64,000 nt of DNA from the human T2T-CHM13v2.0 reference genome, Homo sapiens: the NCBI RefSeq assembly GCF_009914755.1, contig NC_060929.1, one strand, 5' to 3'. The position numbers and the translations under genes were made by a program. This document shows positions 30,670-43,400 of the stretch, piece by piece (within the stretch, counting starts at the first letter, position 1; every line of letters starts with the position of its first letter). A model generated the notes under the pieces. That model did no database searches. It had not been told where the DNA came from and worked only from the letters and a program-made list of their open reading frames with translations.

Positions 30670-31222
30670 TGAGTGGAGGAGGCTGACCTGATCAGCCAGG
30701 AGACCATTGCAGGTAGTCAAAGAGAGAAAGGTTGGTGGCTTGGACCAAGTTGATGGTAGTAGAAGTGGCAAGAAGTAGTCATTTTGAAAATATATTGTAG
30801 AAATGGAACTGGCTGGATTTCCTGATGGGTTGGATGTAAGTTCTGAAGGAAGAGAAGAGTCAAGGAAAATTTCTAGGATGTTGGCCTGAGCAACTGGGTG
30901 AATGGAAGTTCACTTATTGAGCTGAGAACTTGGAAGAGAGCTAGAGGAAGATAAAAAGTTAGTTTTTGAAAAAGTTAGTTTTTGAAAAAATTAAATGTGT
31001 GATCCCAGTTATACAATCAAGTTTGGGTATATGAATCTGAAATACAGAGGAGAGTCTGGGGTAAGTTTTAAATTAGGGAGCCAAGATATGGATAAGATCA
31101 CTTAGGAAATAATTAGAGATAGAAACGAGAAGAGGTCCAGGGTTGAGCCCTGTCATCCTCCAACATTTTGGAGTTTGGGATGGGAGAATATCCTGCAAGG
31201 ACACTGAGTAGGAGAAGACAGT

Positions 31223-31559
31223 TGAAATGGTTTGGCTGTGTCCCCACCCATATCTCACCTTGAATTGTAATAATCCCCACAGGTCAAGAGTGAGGCCAAG
31301 TGGAGATAATTGAATCATGTTCTCATGGTAGTGAATAAGTCTCACGAGATCTGATGGCTTTATAAATGGGAGTTCTCCTGCACAAGCTTTCTCTTGCCTG
31401 CTGCCATGTGAGAAGTGACTTTGCTCCTCCTTGCCTTCCACCATGATTGTGAGACCTCTCCAGCCATGTGGAACTGTGAGTACATTTAACCTCTTTTTCT
31501 TTATAAATCGCCCAGTCTCAGGTATGTGTTTATCAGCAGTATGAGAACAGACTAGTACA
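31223..31559 (+). mobile_element. THE1 (THE1B-like) MaLR solo LTR
   Basis: TG..CA termini (tgaaatggtttggctgtgtcccc...gactagtaca). TSD acagt/atagt. Confidence 0.9.
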
Positions 31560-31859
31560 ATAGTATGGTAGGAGAAAACTGTGAGTGTGGTGTTCCAAAA
31601 TCTTGTGAAGAAAACCTTTTGAGAAGTGCTCATGTATGTCAAATTAGATATTGATGAAAATGAGGACTGGAAATTGACTGCTAATTTCACTATTGTGAAG
31701 GTCATTGATCATTTTGGCAAGGAAGGTTTAGGTGAAAGTATAAAGATAAAAAACTTGACTTGAGTGGGAATGGAAACTGAGAATTTGGAGAGCAAACATA
31801 TACTCTTTAAAAACTATTACTATAAATGGCAACAGATAAGGTTCACTACTCAGTAGTTA

Positions 31860-32230
31860 TCTTTTCAACTGTAATTATACCATTTTATGTACTTGCCAGT
31901 AGTAGTCTAAGAGTCTCAGTTGTTCCACATCTCAGTCAACATTTGGTATGGTCAGTTTTAGTTTTAGCCATTCTAGTGAGTACATAGTTGTATCTCATTG
32001 TGAGTTTAATTTGCATTTCTCTGATGACCATTGATATTGAGCATCAATTCATGTACTTATTGGCCATTTTTTGTATAGCTTCTTTTGCTAAGTAACTTTT
32101 CAAATTGCTCATTTTCTTATTGGGTCTGCAGTCTTTATAACTGAGATGTATGAGTGCTTTCATTATGCTGGATACAAGTTCTTTGTCTGATATATGTTTT
32201 GCCAATATTTTCTCATCATCCATGGCTTGC
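31860..32230 (-). mobile_element. Old L1M ORF2 3' fragment
   Basis: gtatctcattgtgagtttaatttgcatttctctgatgacc...atgtacttattggccattt. Confidence 0.7.
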
Positions 32231-32789
32231 TTACTGTTTTGCTCCTCTCCAGCTTTTCATTCTGAAATTCTTTTTTCACTCTCCACCTTCTGGAAACTCA
32301 TTTTCCTCCTTCCTCTGGCCAGAAATATGGGATATTTCTTGGCGTTTTACTGCTTCTACTGTAGCAGATGAAGGCCAGAGCCTACCAATAGGGCAGACCC
32401 ACAACAGGAAAGAGAAAAAAATGAGAACCATCTCTGTCGCTTCTCCAACTTTTGACTCTCTTCCAAATATGGCTACAGGTAGTTGTTATTTTGTATTTTC
32501 TACAGAGTTTTTAAAGCTGTAATCAGTGGGAGGGATGGAACATAATGAATTTATGTGCTATGCCAATACCAAAACTCCCAAAAAGTTTTTAATTTTTATA
32601 TAGAAGAAAACTTTGGTATTTTCACCAGGAAACATTTTGTGTTTTGTTCAATAAGGTCTTTTTCACCACAAGGTAGGAGAAATACACACGCACACACATT
32701 TATTTACTATATATAGTCTATTTTGTCTCTTTTGGCACTTTCAAAGTTCTTTGGCTTTGTTTATTTTATCTTGTTTACTTAGTTGTCCA

Positions 32790-32965
32790 AATACAATTTA
32801 TTTGTAAAAAATTTTAGTTGTAGTAAAATATGTTTCTTAACCACTTTAAAACGTACAACTTAGTAGTGTCATAGTGTCAAATATTTTCACATTGTTGTGT
32901 ATCCACTATCCAGAATATTTTCATCTTGTAAAACTGAAACTCTATAACCATTAAACCCCAACTAT
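32790..32965 (-). mobile_element. L1MB-type 3' end fragment
   Basis: ttcacattgttgtg...cagaatattttcatcttgtaaaactgaaactctataaccattaaac. Confidence 0.65.
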
Positions 32966-33224
32966 CCAAATTTCTTTTTTGTTTTTTGTTTTTGTCATGG
33001 AGTGACTTTGATTTTTTTTAATAGACGATGAATGGTCCAAGGACCATTTATTGTATAGTACACAACTTTTCCACTCATTTGAAGTGCCACTTTTAACTAT
33101 AAATCAAATATATATTTATATATATATATATTTAATATTTACACATACATGAATTTGTTTCTGGGTTGCATTTCATTCTATTGATCAATTTGATGTATTG
33201 ATCAACTTTGTATGTGATTTAATT

Positions 33225-36140
33225 TCAGTTGTTATCAGCTTAAAATAGTCTGTTATAACTATAAGATATTTTAAATAACTCCAAGGTAATGACAAAACAA
33301 AGAATAGAATATACACAACTATGTAACTATAAAAATTAAAAAATTAAATAAAAATATATATAAATAAAAATTACACAAAGGAAAAGAGAAAAATTCAAGG
33401 CATTTCTATACAAAAAAAATCAGTAAAACACAAAGGAAGACAACAAGAGATGAAAAGACAGATGAAAGAACAATAAGGCAAACATAAAGTGATTAAAAAT
33501 AGTTACAGTAAATCCTTCCATATCAATAATTACTTTAAATGCAAATGAAATAAACTCCCCAATCAAAATACATAGAATTGCTGAATGGATTTAAAAAAAA
33601 AAAAACAGACACAGCTATATGCTATCTATAAAAAAATCCACTTTAGATTTAAGGACAATATAGGCTGGAAGGAAAGAATGAAAAAAGGTGTTATATGCAA
33701 ATGGTTGCCAAAAAAGGGTAGAGGTGGCTATATTTAGATTATCCAAAATAGACTTTAAGTAAAAAATTGTCACAAGAGGCAAAGAAAAACATTATATAAT
33801 GATAAAAGGATCAAACCACCGGGAAGTTATGACCATACATATATATATGCACTTAACGTTAGAGCACCTAAATATATAAAACAGATATTGACAGGTTGAA
33901 AAAGAATAAGTAGTAATACAATAATAGTAGGATACCTCAATATACCACTTTCAATAATGGATAGATCATCCAGACAGAAGATCAATAAACAGATAACTTA
34001 AACAACACTATAGACCAAATGAACATACCAGATATGTAGAGAACATTCCACCTAACATCACCAGAATACACATTTTCCTCAGTCATACACAGAACTTTAT
34101 TCAGCCTAGAGCACATGTTAGGTCACAAAACAACTCTTAACAAATTGAATAAGATAAAAATAATACCAAGTATTTTTCTGACTGAAAATAGAAATCAATA
34201 GCAGGAAGAAAACCAGGAAGTTCACAAATATGTAGAAATTAAACAATATACTCTTCAACAACCATGGATTCAGAGAAGTAATCAAAAAGAAAATAAATAC
34301 CTTGAGACAAACAAAAATGAAAACACAACATACTATAATATGAGATGCAGCAAAAGTAATACTATGAGGGAAATTTATTGTGATTAACACCTACATTAAA
34401 AATAAGAAATATTGAAAATAAGCAAGCTAACTTTATAAGGAACTAGAAATAAAAGAACAAACTAAGCCTAAAATTAGCAGATGAAAGAAAATAACAAAAA
34501 TTAGAGCAGAAATAAATGAAATAGAGGAAAAATAGAAAAAAATCAGCAAAACTAAGAGTTGGTTTCTGAAAAGATAAAATAAAATTTGCAAACACTTACC
34601 CAAACTAACTGAGGAAAGAGAAGGTTCAAATACATAAAATCAGAAACAAAAGAGGAGACAACACAACTGATGCCACAGAAATAAAAAAAAAATCATAAGT
34701 GACTACTATGAACAAATATATCCAACAAACTGGTTAACCTAGAAGAAATGGATTAATTCCTGGAAAGATACAACTTATCAAGACTAATTTATGAAGAAAT
34801 AGAAAATCTGACCTAAAACCAGTATGAACATACAATTGATAATCAAAAACTTTCTAACAAAGAAAAATCCAGGACTAGATAGATTCACTGGTGAATTCTT
34901 CCAAAACATTTAAAGGAGAATTAATGCCAATTCTTCTCAAGTCTTCCAAAAAATAGAAGAGAAGGGAACACTTTCAAGTTCACTTTATGAGGCCAGCATT
35001 ACCCCGATACCAAAGCCAGACAAAGATACCACAAGAAAAGAAAATTTCAGGCCAATATTCTTGGTAAATATAGAAGCAAACTCCTCAACAAAATACTAGC
35101 AAACCTATTCCAACAGTACATTAAAAGGATCACACAACCTGAATAAGTGGGATTTCTCCCTGGGATGCAAAAATGGTTTAACATACAAAAATAAATTAAT
35201 GTGATACACCACATTAACAAAAAAAGGATTAAAATCACATGATCATCTCAATAGATATAGAAAAAGTGTGTCACAAAATTTAACACTCTTTGATGATAAA
35301 AACTGTCAACCAACTTAGAATAGAATGAAAGTAACTCAACAAGACATAGGCCACATAAGACAAGCCCTCAGCTAACATCATATTCAGCAGCAAAAATCTA
35401 AAAGCTTTTCCTCTAAGATCAAGAACAAGGCAAGAATGCCCACTCTACCCACTTTTCTTCCATGTAGTGCTAGAAGTTCCAGTCAGAACAATTAGGCAAG
35501 AAAAAATAAGAAAAAGACATGCAAATTGCAAATAATGAAGTAAATTTTTCCTGTTTGTAGATGACATAATCTTGTATATAACTGATCCTCAATTAAAAAC
35601 CTGTTAGAATAAACAAATTCAGCAAAGTTGCAGGATACAAAATCAACATTCAAAAATCAATTGTATTTCTATACACTGACAAACTATCTGAAAAGGACAT
35701 TAGGAATACAATACCATTTGCAGTAACATCAAAATGAATAAAACACTTAGGAATAAACATAACTAAGAAGGTTAAAGACTTGCATTCTGAAAACTACAAA
35801 ACATTCATGAAAGAAAGAAGACACAAACAAATGGAAAGACATCCCATATTCATGGGATCTGCTATACTGTATAATTTCACTCACACGAGGTATTTAAAAT
35901 AGTCAAATTTTTGGAATCAAAGAGTGGAATGGTCATTGCCAGGGGCTCAGTTTGGGGGAGGGAGAAATAAGGAATGACTAATCAGAGGGCATAAAGTTTC
36001 ACTTAAGCAAGACAAGTTCTAGAGATCTGTTTTGTAACATTCTACCTATTGCCAACAACACTGCATTGTACACTTAAAAATCTGGGAAGGTAGATCTCAT
36101 CTTGACTGTTCTTACCACAATAAAACAAAATTTGAAAAAG
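33225..36140 (+). mobile_element. Old L1MA/MB: ORF2 EN+RT region fused directly to a 3'UTR
   Basis: Degenerate ORF2 (ttcctgtttgtagatgacat = FVDD at ~35550) runs to ~35855, then 3'UTR aagttctagagatctg...gtagatctcat...ttcttaccacaataaaa. Confidence 0.85.
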
Positions 36141-36399
36141 TAAACATTGTATGAAGTAGGAATCCAACTTTTGAAAATGGTTACTCAGTTGTTCTGATAC
36201 CACTTTTTGCTTAGTCCATCATTTTTTCACTGATTTGAAATGGCTTCTTTTAATATAAACTATATTTATACCCATGCACACATTTCTGGATGCTCTATAC
36301 TGTTCTATTGACCTACATGTTTATCAATTTTTCAATATTTAGCAGTACTATTTTAAACCCTTTTTGATCATGATATATATTATTTTTTAGTGAAGTTCT

Positions 36400-37700
36400 C
36401 CATTAAAAGTGTTAATATTTTATTTAATGTTTTTGCATCTAGTTTTATAAGAAGACTATTGTGTTCTCTTCTTTTAGTATCCTGGTCTGATTTTGTAGAA
36501 TCCACTCATAAAATACTCTGCACCTGGCTTTTGACTATATTTTCCATTTTGTCTGTGGTACTGGTTTATTCTGATTTTTAATTTCTTGATGCAAATCTCA
36601 TTAATGTATACTTTTCTAGGAATGTCAGTTATTCTGGTTTTTAAAATTACTTTGTGTAAAACTATTCTCTTATTTTAAAAGTTCCTGAATTAGTAGTTTG
36701 GGTTTTATTATTATTATACTTTTTTTAGTGTTAATCAGATTGCCAAAGGTTTGTTTATTTATTTGGCATTTTCAAAGAGGCAACTGATATGGTTTGGCTC
36801 TGTGTTCCCACCCAATTCTCATGTCAAATTGTAATTCCCATTGTTGGGGGAGGGACCTGGTGGGAGGTGACTGGATCATAAAGGTGGATTTCCCCCTTAC
36901 TGTTCTCATGATAGTGAGTGAGTTCTTAGGAGATCTGGTTGTTTAAAAGTGTGTAGCACTTTCCCCTTTGATCTGTGTCTCCTGATATGCCATGTGAAGA
37001 TGTGCTTGCTTCCCCTTCACCTTCTGCCATGATTGTAAGTTTCCTAAGGCCTCCCAGCCATGCATCCTGTGCAGCGTGTGGAACTGTGAGTCAATTAAAC
37101 CTCTTTTCTTCATATATTACCCAGTCTCAGGTAGTTCTTTATAGCAGGGTGAGAATGAACTAATACAGCAACTTTTTACTTTACTTATGTATTCTATCGT
37201 GTTCTATTTTCTATTTAATTAGTTTATATTTCTATCCTTTGAATTCTCTCTTACATTCCTTAGGTGTATTTTTTCATTCTTTCATGAGCTTATAACATTT
37301 AGTTTATTTAAATTTAATTTCTATTTTACTATACAGTTTTAAACCTAGATTTTTAAAAAATTATTTTCCTGTGTATGTTTTCAAGTTTCCAAGTGAATTG
37401 ACTATCTCATCTTGGTTTCTCTCTTTTTATCTGTCCTTTAGGAGTTTTAAATTTTATTTTGTTACATTTTGGTTTGAAGATGTGGCATTATACTTTCTGA
37501 TTTGAGGGATTTATTAAAATTTTATTTTTAGCTGAATACCTGATCTACTTTGAATGAACCTTCTGTGTTTGGAAAAAAATGTTCTTTTCACAAATGCATA
37601 TTTGTTTGTTTAGATGTATTATTTTTTCCAAATCTTCTATATAATCATACATATTTTTTGTCTATCTGTTGTATATCTGAGAGAGGTTTGTTAAAGTCTC
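36400..37700 (-). mobile_element. Ancient L1ME fragments flanking the MSTA LTR
   Basis: T-rich antisense ORF2 phrases (ttttgcatcta, gccaaaggtttgtttatt, gagagaggtttgttaaagtctcc). Confidence 0.55.
36785..37167 (+). mobile_element. MSTA MaLR solo LTR
   Basis: tgatatggtttggctctgtg...gaactaataca. Perfect 5-bp TSD gcaac at 36780-36784 and 37168-37172. Confidence 0.92.
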
Positions 37701-38594
37701 CCAAATTAGAATCCTCTCTTGTTCCTGGACTAGTCCCAGAACAGTCATCCCAAAGTACCTATGTATTGCACTCTCCATGACTTTCCACAACCTCTGGAAC
37801 CAACTCAGAGATTCAGAGGGAGATAGCTGGGAAGACAATGCCCAAAGGTCCTTAATGCAATGCCTGTTTCATCATCTGTTTGCTTCCCTAGCTAAAGCCA
37901 GATCTGTAGTATACTTGGCAAGTCAGACCCTCTCTCTGAAGGTAACTGCATGTAATTAATGAGCAAAGAATTCTTTCTATATATGACATTATTTGTAAGA
38001 TGCACCTGATGTGATGGAGGAAATTGGAAATTCCCCGGGGAAAGTCTTTGTATACATTCTGAGCACTTATTTACTTCCATAAAACACAGACTTGTAAACT
38101 GTTAAATGACCAAACAACTTTGACAATAGTATCTCTCCTTTTCAAAAAAAAGAAAGTTTGACTTGTAAAGAAGTAAAGATGTCATAGATTCAGAGGAAAT
38201 TTTCCAAAGCAAATTAAAATTAAAGTTTATTATTGTTCATAGAATATTTTTATATACACTAGATAATTTTGTACTAGCAACAATTCTGTGACAGAAGTGA
38301 AAAACCATATGACTATCATCACCATTCTGATAGATACCACTGAGTACCCGGAATCAGAAGTGGCTCATTCAAAGTTATACAATTCATACATGATGAAGCC
38401 AATATTGGAATACACGTTATGATTGCAAATTTCAAGTTATTTACACTTCCTCATAGCAACCCCTTACAACCTAGAGATGAAATTTCCGTAGGACAATTGT
38501 CCTTGGCTTTCGATTCATGTGTATGATGAAGTTATGGAAATGGGAATTTCCTCAAATGTAGCTGTTGCATAAATACTAGTTGATTTAAAATAAA

Positions 38595-39085
38595 TGTGCT
38601 AAATCTCTTCTGGTTGCTCCATTCATTCTTTCCTCTATGCTCTGCACACCAAGAGGCTGACTTAAGCACAGGATCATTGGGCTCCCTGGCCTTGGGAGAG
38701 TTGGTAGGGTTGGCCAGTGAGGACACTGGTAGGAGACCCAGGGAAAGAGGATAATGAGGTCCAGACATTTGTTTTCCGCATTTCCTCTTTGCTGGTTGCC
38801 GTGGGCTGGCCTTGTTCCTTAAATGAGGATCCCAGCTCCTACGAGGAGACCTTTCACCCAGTTCTCTCTTCTTCCCTGTCCCAGTAGCAGTTTCTTCCCC
38901 TGAACCCCTTAGGACTAGGGTGGAAGTGGTTACCTACTATTATTTACCTCAAGTACTACACCATCCCTCGTGGTTTCTCTGTGTCCTACCCATATGTTTG
39001 TAAATGGTCTCTTTTTTTAAACAACCCTCAAATTATATGCTTTGAATGTGGCAGCTGTTTCTTGCAAGGACCCTGACTGATAAAG
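38595..39085 (+). mobile_element. LTR33-type ERVL LTR
   Basis: gggctccctggccttgg...ggttggccagtgaggacactgg...tttgtaaatggtc...tttgaatgtgg...ggaccctgactgata. Confidence 0.7.
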
Positions 39086-40436
39086 GAAACAAGTTACTCT
39101 TAAAGTATATGGCTTAAGTGAAAAAAGCTGGGTGAAGGACAAGTTTCCTAGCCAATCCATTCAGTTTTGGAAAGGAGTTGGCTCTTTTAATTTATTCTTC
39201 ACTGGGGATTACACATTTTTTGGACCAGAATCATAATCAGATCCAAAGATTTCTAATACTTTAGATATTATTAATAAAATTTACCAATAACAGAAAAAAA
39301 TAAAGAAAAACAACTTTTCAGTTTCCAAAGCAGAAAGAAAACCCCATGCATTGTTCCTAAATCACTCTGTCGCCAGGCAAACTTCATTGCCACCCCATCC
39401 TGAGAAATTTTTTAGAACTGTTAGTGTCTCCTGATCTTTATACTTTGAATTAAGACAGGCGCAGGGTACTGCAAAGGCTCACTTCCCAAAATTCTTTGTA
39501 AGAAGTGAGACAGACTGATGATCACATGTTAAAGGAGGAATTGAAACAACCCATATCCAGCAGTCTCTGTGCATGCTGGAGACTGTGCGCGCATGAGAGT
39601 TCACACTTTATCCTCAGAAATCATTTTGGTGCTTGGGGACTACATGGGAATGGAGACTATTTACTTCTCTTCTGAGCCAGAGCGGGGTGATATGCTGACA
39701 TGTCTGGTATTTTCTGCCAGTTGGCTACAATTAGGGTGAGTAGGAAAATATACTTCATTCCCATTCTTCTCCCTTATTCCCTTGCCATGGACAATTTTTA
39801 ATATAATGCCATAAGGGACATTATGATTCAAAAATAAGAAAAAAATTCAGCTACATAATTGCTTAATCAATATGAGATAGGTTTCCACTGTCAAAGTGGA
39901 AAGGAGCACCACCTTCTAGTGGATCTGTTTTCCTGTTTGTACAGCAGTTAGACTGACGACATTTATTCCTTTCTTTGCATTTTAATGAGAAGAGGGATTG
40001 AAAATTAAAATATAGTGGTTGATGCTGCCTGAAGGTGAAGTGGAACAAAGCAAGAGTGCATCTTTCATTTTAACAATTTTTGCTTTTAAGCAAAGTTTCT
40101 TTTTTGTCACTTAAGATAAGGAAATAAAGTGGTCTACTAGAAATTTAAATGTTTAAATTTGTGTTCTTGACCAGTAACTATGGGATGCTAGTTCCTTGGT
40201 TGCATTTTTAGCAGTGTAACTGATGTATCTTCAGACAATGAACTTAGGAGTACTGTTACAGCACAAAATAACAAAAAAATTGTGCATCAGTCTTTCTAGG
40301 TTTGAAACAATGAAGATAAGAGTATGCGCTTAGAGACTAAAATTATGATTGCCAAAATTAGCATTTATTCTCTAGTTTCTCAAAGTGAGGAGCTATTGTA
40401 ATATTTTAAATTAAAATTGATACATTAAGAACCATA

Positions 40437-43400
40437 GGAGACATCAGCAAAATGGCTAACTAGAAGCTCCTAGAACTTTCCTCCCTGCCACACCAAAATG
40501 CCTCAAAATAACAATTTACGTTACCACCAATATAACTAAAGGAGAGCACCAGCGAACAGCAAAACAACTGTACAGCAGAAATCTTGTAGAACACAGAAAT
40601 TCAAGAAGGCCACACAGATAAGAGAAGGAAAGGGCTTGTCTTCACCACCCCATCCCGTAGGCAGGATCAGTTAGGAACCAGGAGGGGCTTCTCCCTGTAG
40701 AAAAAAGGTAAGCAAGAGGACGCCAGCAGCACCTATTGCCACTGTGGACAACTGCAGTCTTTGCTACTGGAGACTCCTGCAGCCCTCATAGGCTCTGAGC
40801 ACTGCTGAGGGAGCTCCCTGCAATCCGTACCCTGAGTTACACTCAGAAAAGGAGCAGATACTGTGCCCTACCCTGCCACCCCACCTCCACATGCCCTGTG
40901 CTGCTCTGTAGCATATGGGAACCAAAGCTACCTAGAGTGTCCTGCTGGGGGCGAGTAGCCCTTTGCATTCCTCCATCCCTAAGGTTCAGCCATTACTGCA
41001 CAACGACTGCCAGTAGCTACCATTCCTTCCCAACTCCCCACTCCCAGCCAAGTTCCTGCTATGCCCTACCTGTGAAGACCAAGCTACTGCAGAGCCGCTC
41101 CATTTTCCCCATCCTAGTTGCTGGTGCACCCTCCCCTTCAGGCTGAGCTAAACTGGTGCCCTGGCCGTAGAGAACTAAGGCATCAAACTATTGACACAGT
41201 CATGCCCCAGCACTATAACTGAGGCAGTATCCTGGCCCCTAGGTACCTCCAGCACCCCAGAGCAGTTGCCACTCACCCCGTTTTATAGGGGAGGCAGCAC
41301 ACCACCACCTGAAGGAGCTGAGTATCTTGCACACCAGAGAAGCTGTGCCTTCCAGCACCACAACTGACATGGCACCCTACCCCTGGGGATCCAGAAGCTC
41401 GACTGATCCCACCCCCTGGAATCCAGAGACTCCACTGAAAATATACTGATACGTAGACTCAATCCACTACCCTGATGTGTTATCGTGCTTTTTGGGGCTG
41501 AGCCGTGCCACCTTGCCTTCTAGGCCAAACAGCTACAATGCCCCACTGACTTGGAACTGGACTAGCCCTCACAGTTTGAGCTGCTGAGGCACCCCACCTC
41601 TCTGGGATGCAATCATTACAGCACCATTCCTCACCTTCCAGGGCCCAAACCCCGGCAGCATCTTGCCATTCCTGGGACATTGCTGCTGCTTCTGCACCTG
41701 GCCTCACAGAGCCTGGGCTACTGCCTTGTTCCGCCATCCCAGGCTTCAGAGTCACCACCACCTGGTACTTCGTGCCCTGGAGCCTGATCTGCTGTTATGC
41801 CCTGTTGGCTCCAGGTCCTGAATTGCAGTTGTGCCCTGCTCCCCAGGGCATTCCTTCTTCCCCAGAGCCATATCAGTACTGTGCTCTGCCTATCAGGGTC
41901 AGAAGAACCACAGCTGTATCTCAGCCCCTTGAACCAGTGTGCCTCAGAGCAACAGACTCCTAGCATCATTTCAGACAATGATGGTATAAAAATAGAAGTC
42001 AATAATAGGAGCAATCTTGAAAATTTACAACTATGTAAAATTAAACAACATGTTCCTGAATAATCAATGGGTCAAAGAAGAAATCAAAAGGGAAATTTAA
42101 AAATATATTGAGAGGAATGACAATGGAAGCACAACATACCAAAACTACGTGATGCAGCAAAAGCAGTTCTCAGAGGGAACTTTATAGCAATAAATGCCTA
42201 CTTAACAAAACAGAAGAAAGATTGCAAATAAATAGTCTAACATTATGCCTCAAGAAACTAGGAAAAGAAGAACAACTAAACTCAAAATTAGTAGAGAGAA
42301 GGAAATAAAATTGGAACAGAAATGAATCAAATGAAGAACAGAAAACCACAGAATCAATAAAAGTTGATTTTTGCAAAAAAAACCCCACAAAATTTACAAA
42401 ACTTTAATTAAAGAAAAAAGAGAAGACACCAACAAGATAAAAATGAAAGTGAAGAAATTACAACAGATACCTCAGAAATAAAAAGGATCATAAGTGACTA
42501 TTATGAACAACTGAATGCCAAAGCATGCCAACAAAATGGATAACCTAGAGGAAATGAATAAATTCCTAGAAAAATACAGCCTACCAAGATTGAGCCAGGA
42601 AGAAATAAAAAGCCCAAACAGAACAATAACAAATATATTGAAGGAGTAACCAAAAACCTTTCAACAAAGAAAATCCCAGGACCAGATGGCTTCACTGAAT
42701 TCTACCAAACACTCAAAGAATTAATACTAATACTTCAATTCTACCAAAAAATAGAGCTAGAGGGAATACTTCTAAACACATTTTATGAGGTCAGCATCAC
42801 CTTAACACCTAAATGAGACAAATAAATCTCAAGAAAAGAAGTGACAGTCCAGTTTATCCGAATAACATTGATGCCATAATCCTCAATAAAATAGTAGTAA
42901 ACCAAATCCAAAAACACATCGGAGAGATTATACATCATGTCCAAATGAGATCTGTCCCTGGCATGCAAGGCTGGCTTGACATATGTAAATCAATCACTGC
43001 GATACATCACATTAACAAAATGAAAAATAAAATTGACATTATCATCTCAATTAATGTGGAAAAAGCATTCGACAGAGTCCAACATGTTTTCTCAATAAGA
43101 ACTCAACAGTTTCAGTATAGAAGGAAAATTTCTCTACAAAATAAAAGGCATTAGCCATTTATGAAAAACCCACAACTAACATTATAATCAATGGAAAAAA
43201 AAGAACTGAAAGTTTTTCCACTAAGATTTGGTAGAAGGTATCTTCTAGTAGAGGTATATCTAGAGTGGCATATCACTCTCAACACTTCTTTTCAACATAA
43301 TACTGGAAGTACTAGCAAGAGCAATCATAATGAAAAAGAAATAAAAGGCACCCAAATCAGAAAGGAAAAAGCAAAATTATCTCTATTTGCAGTTGATATG

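Larger units (their letters stand above)
29760..31800 (-). mobile_element. L2 (L2a-like), interrupted by an Alu and a THE1 LTR
   Basis: aacaagtatttcttgaattctaccatgttccagacactg 3' end, continuing through ggcctgagcaactgggtgaatgg and gaggactggaaattgac. Confidence 0.8.

Noticed and set aside
30953-30990. 16-bp tandem duplication aaaaagttagtttttg
   Set aside because: Simple slippage inside L2; two units and no spacers, so not array-like.
31073-31705. 210-aa minus-strand ORF
   Set aside because: Chance read-through across L2 and an antisense THE1 LTR.
39561-39586. Short hairpin cagtctc...gagactg
   Set aside because: A 7-9-bp stem is too short for a pre-miRNA and is expected by chance.
41480-42063. 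Cluster of GC-rich ORFs
   Set aside because: They lie in the decayed L1MA 5'UTR, where high GC suppresses stop codons.
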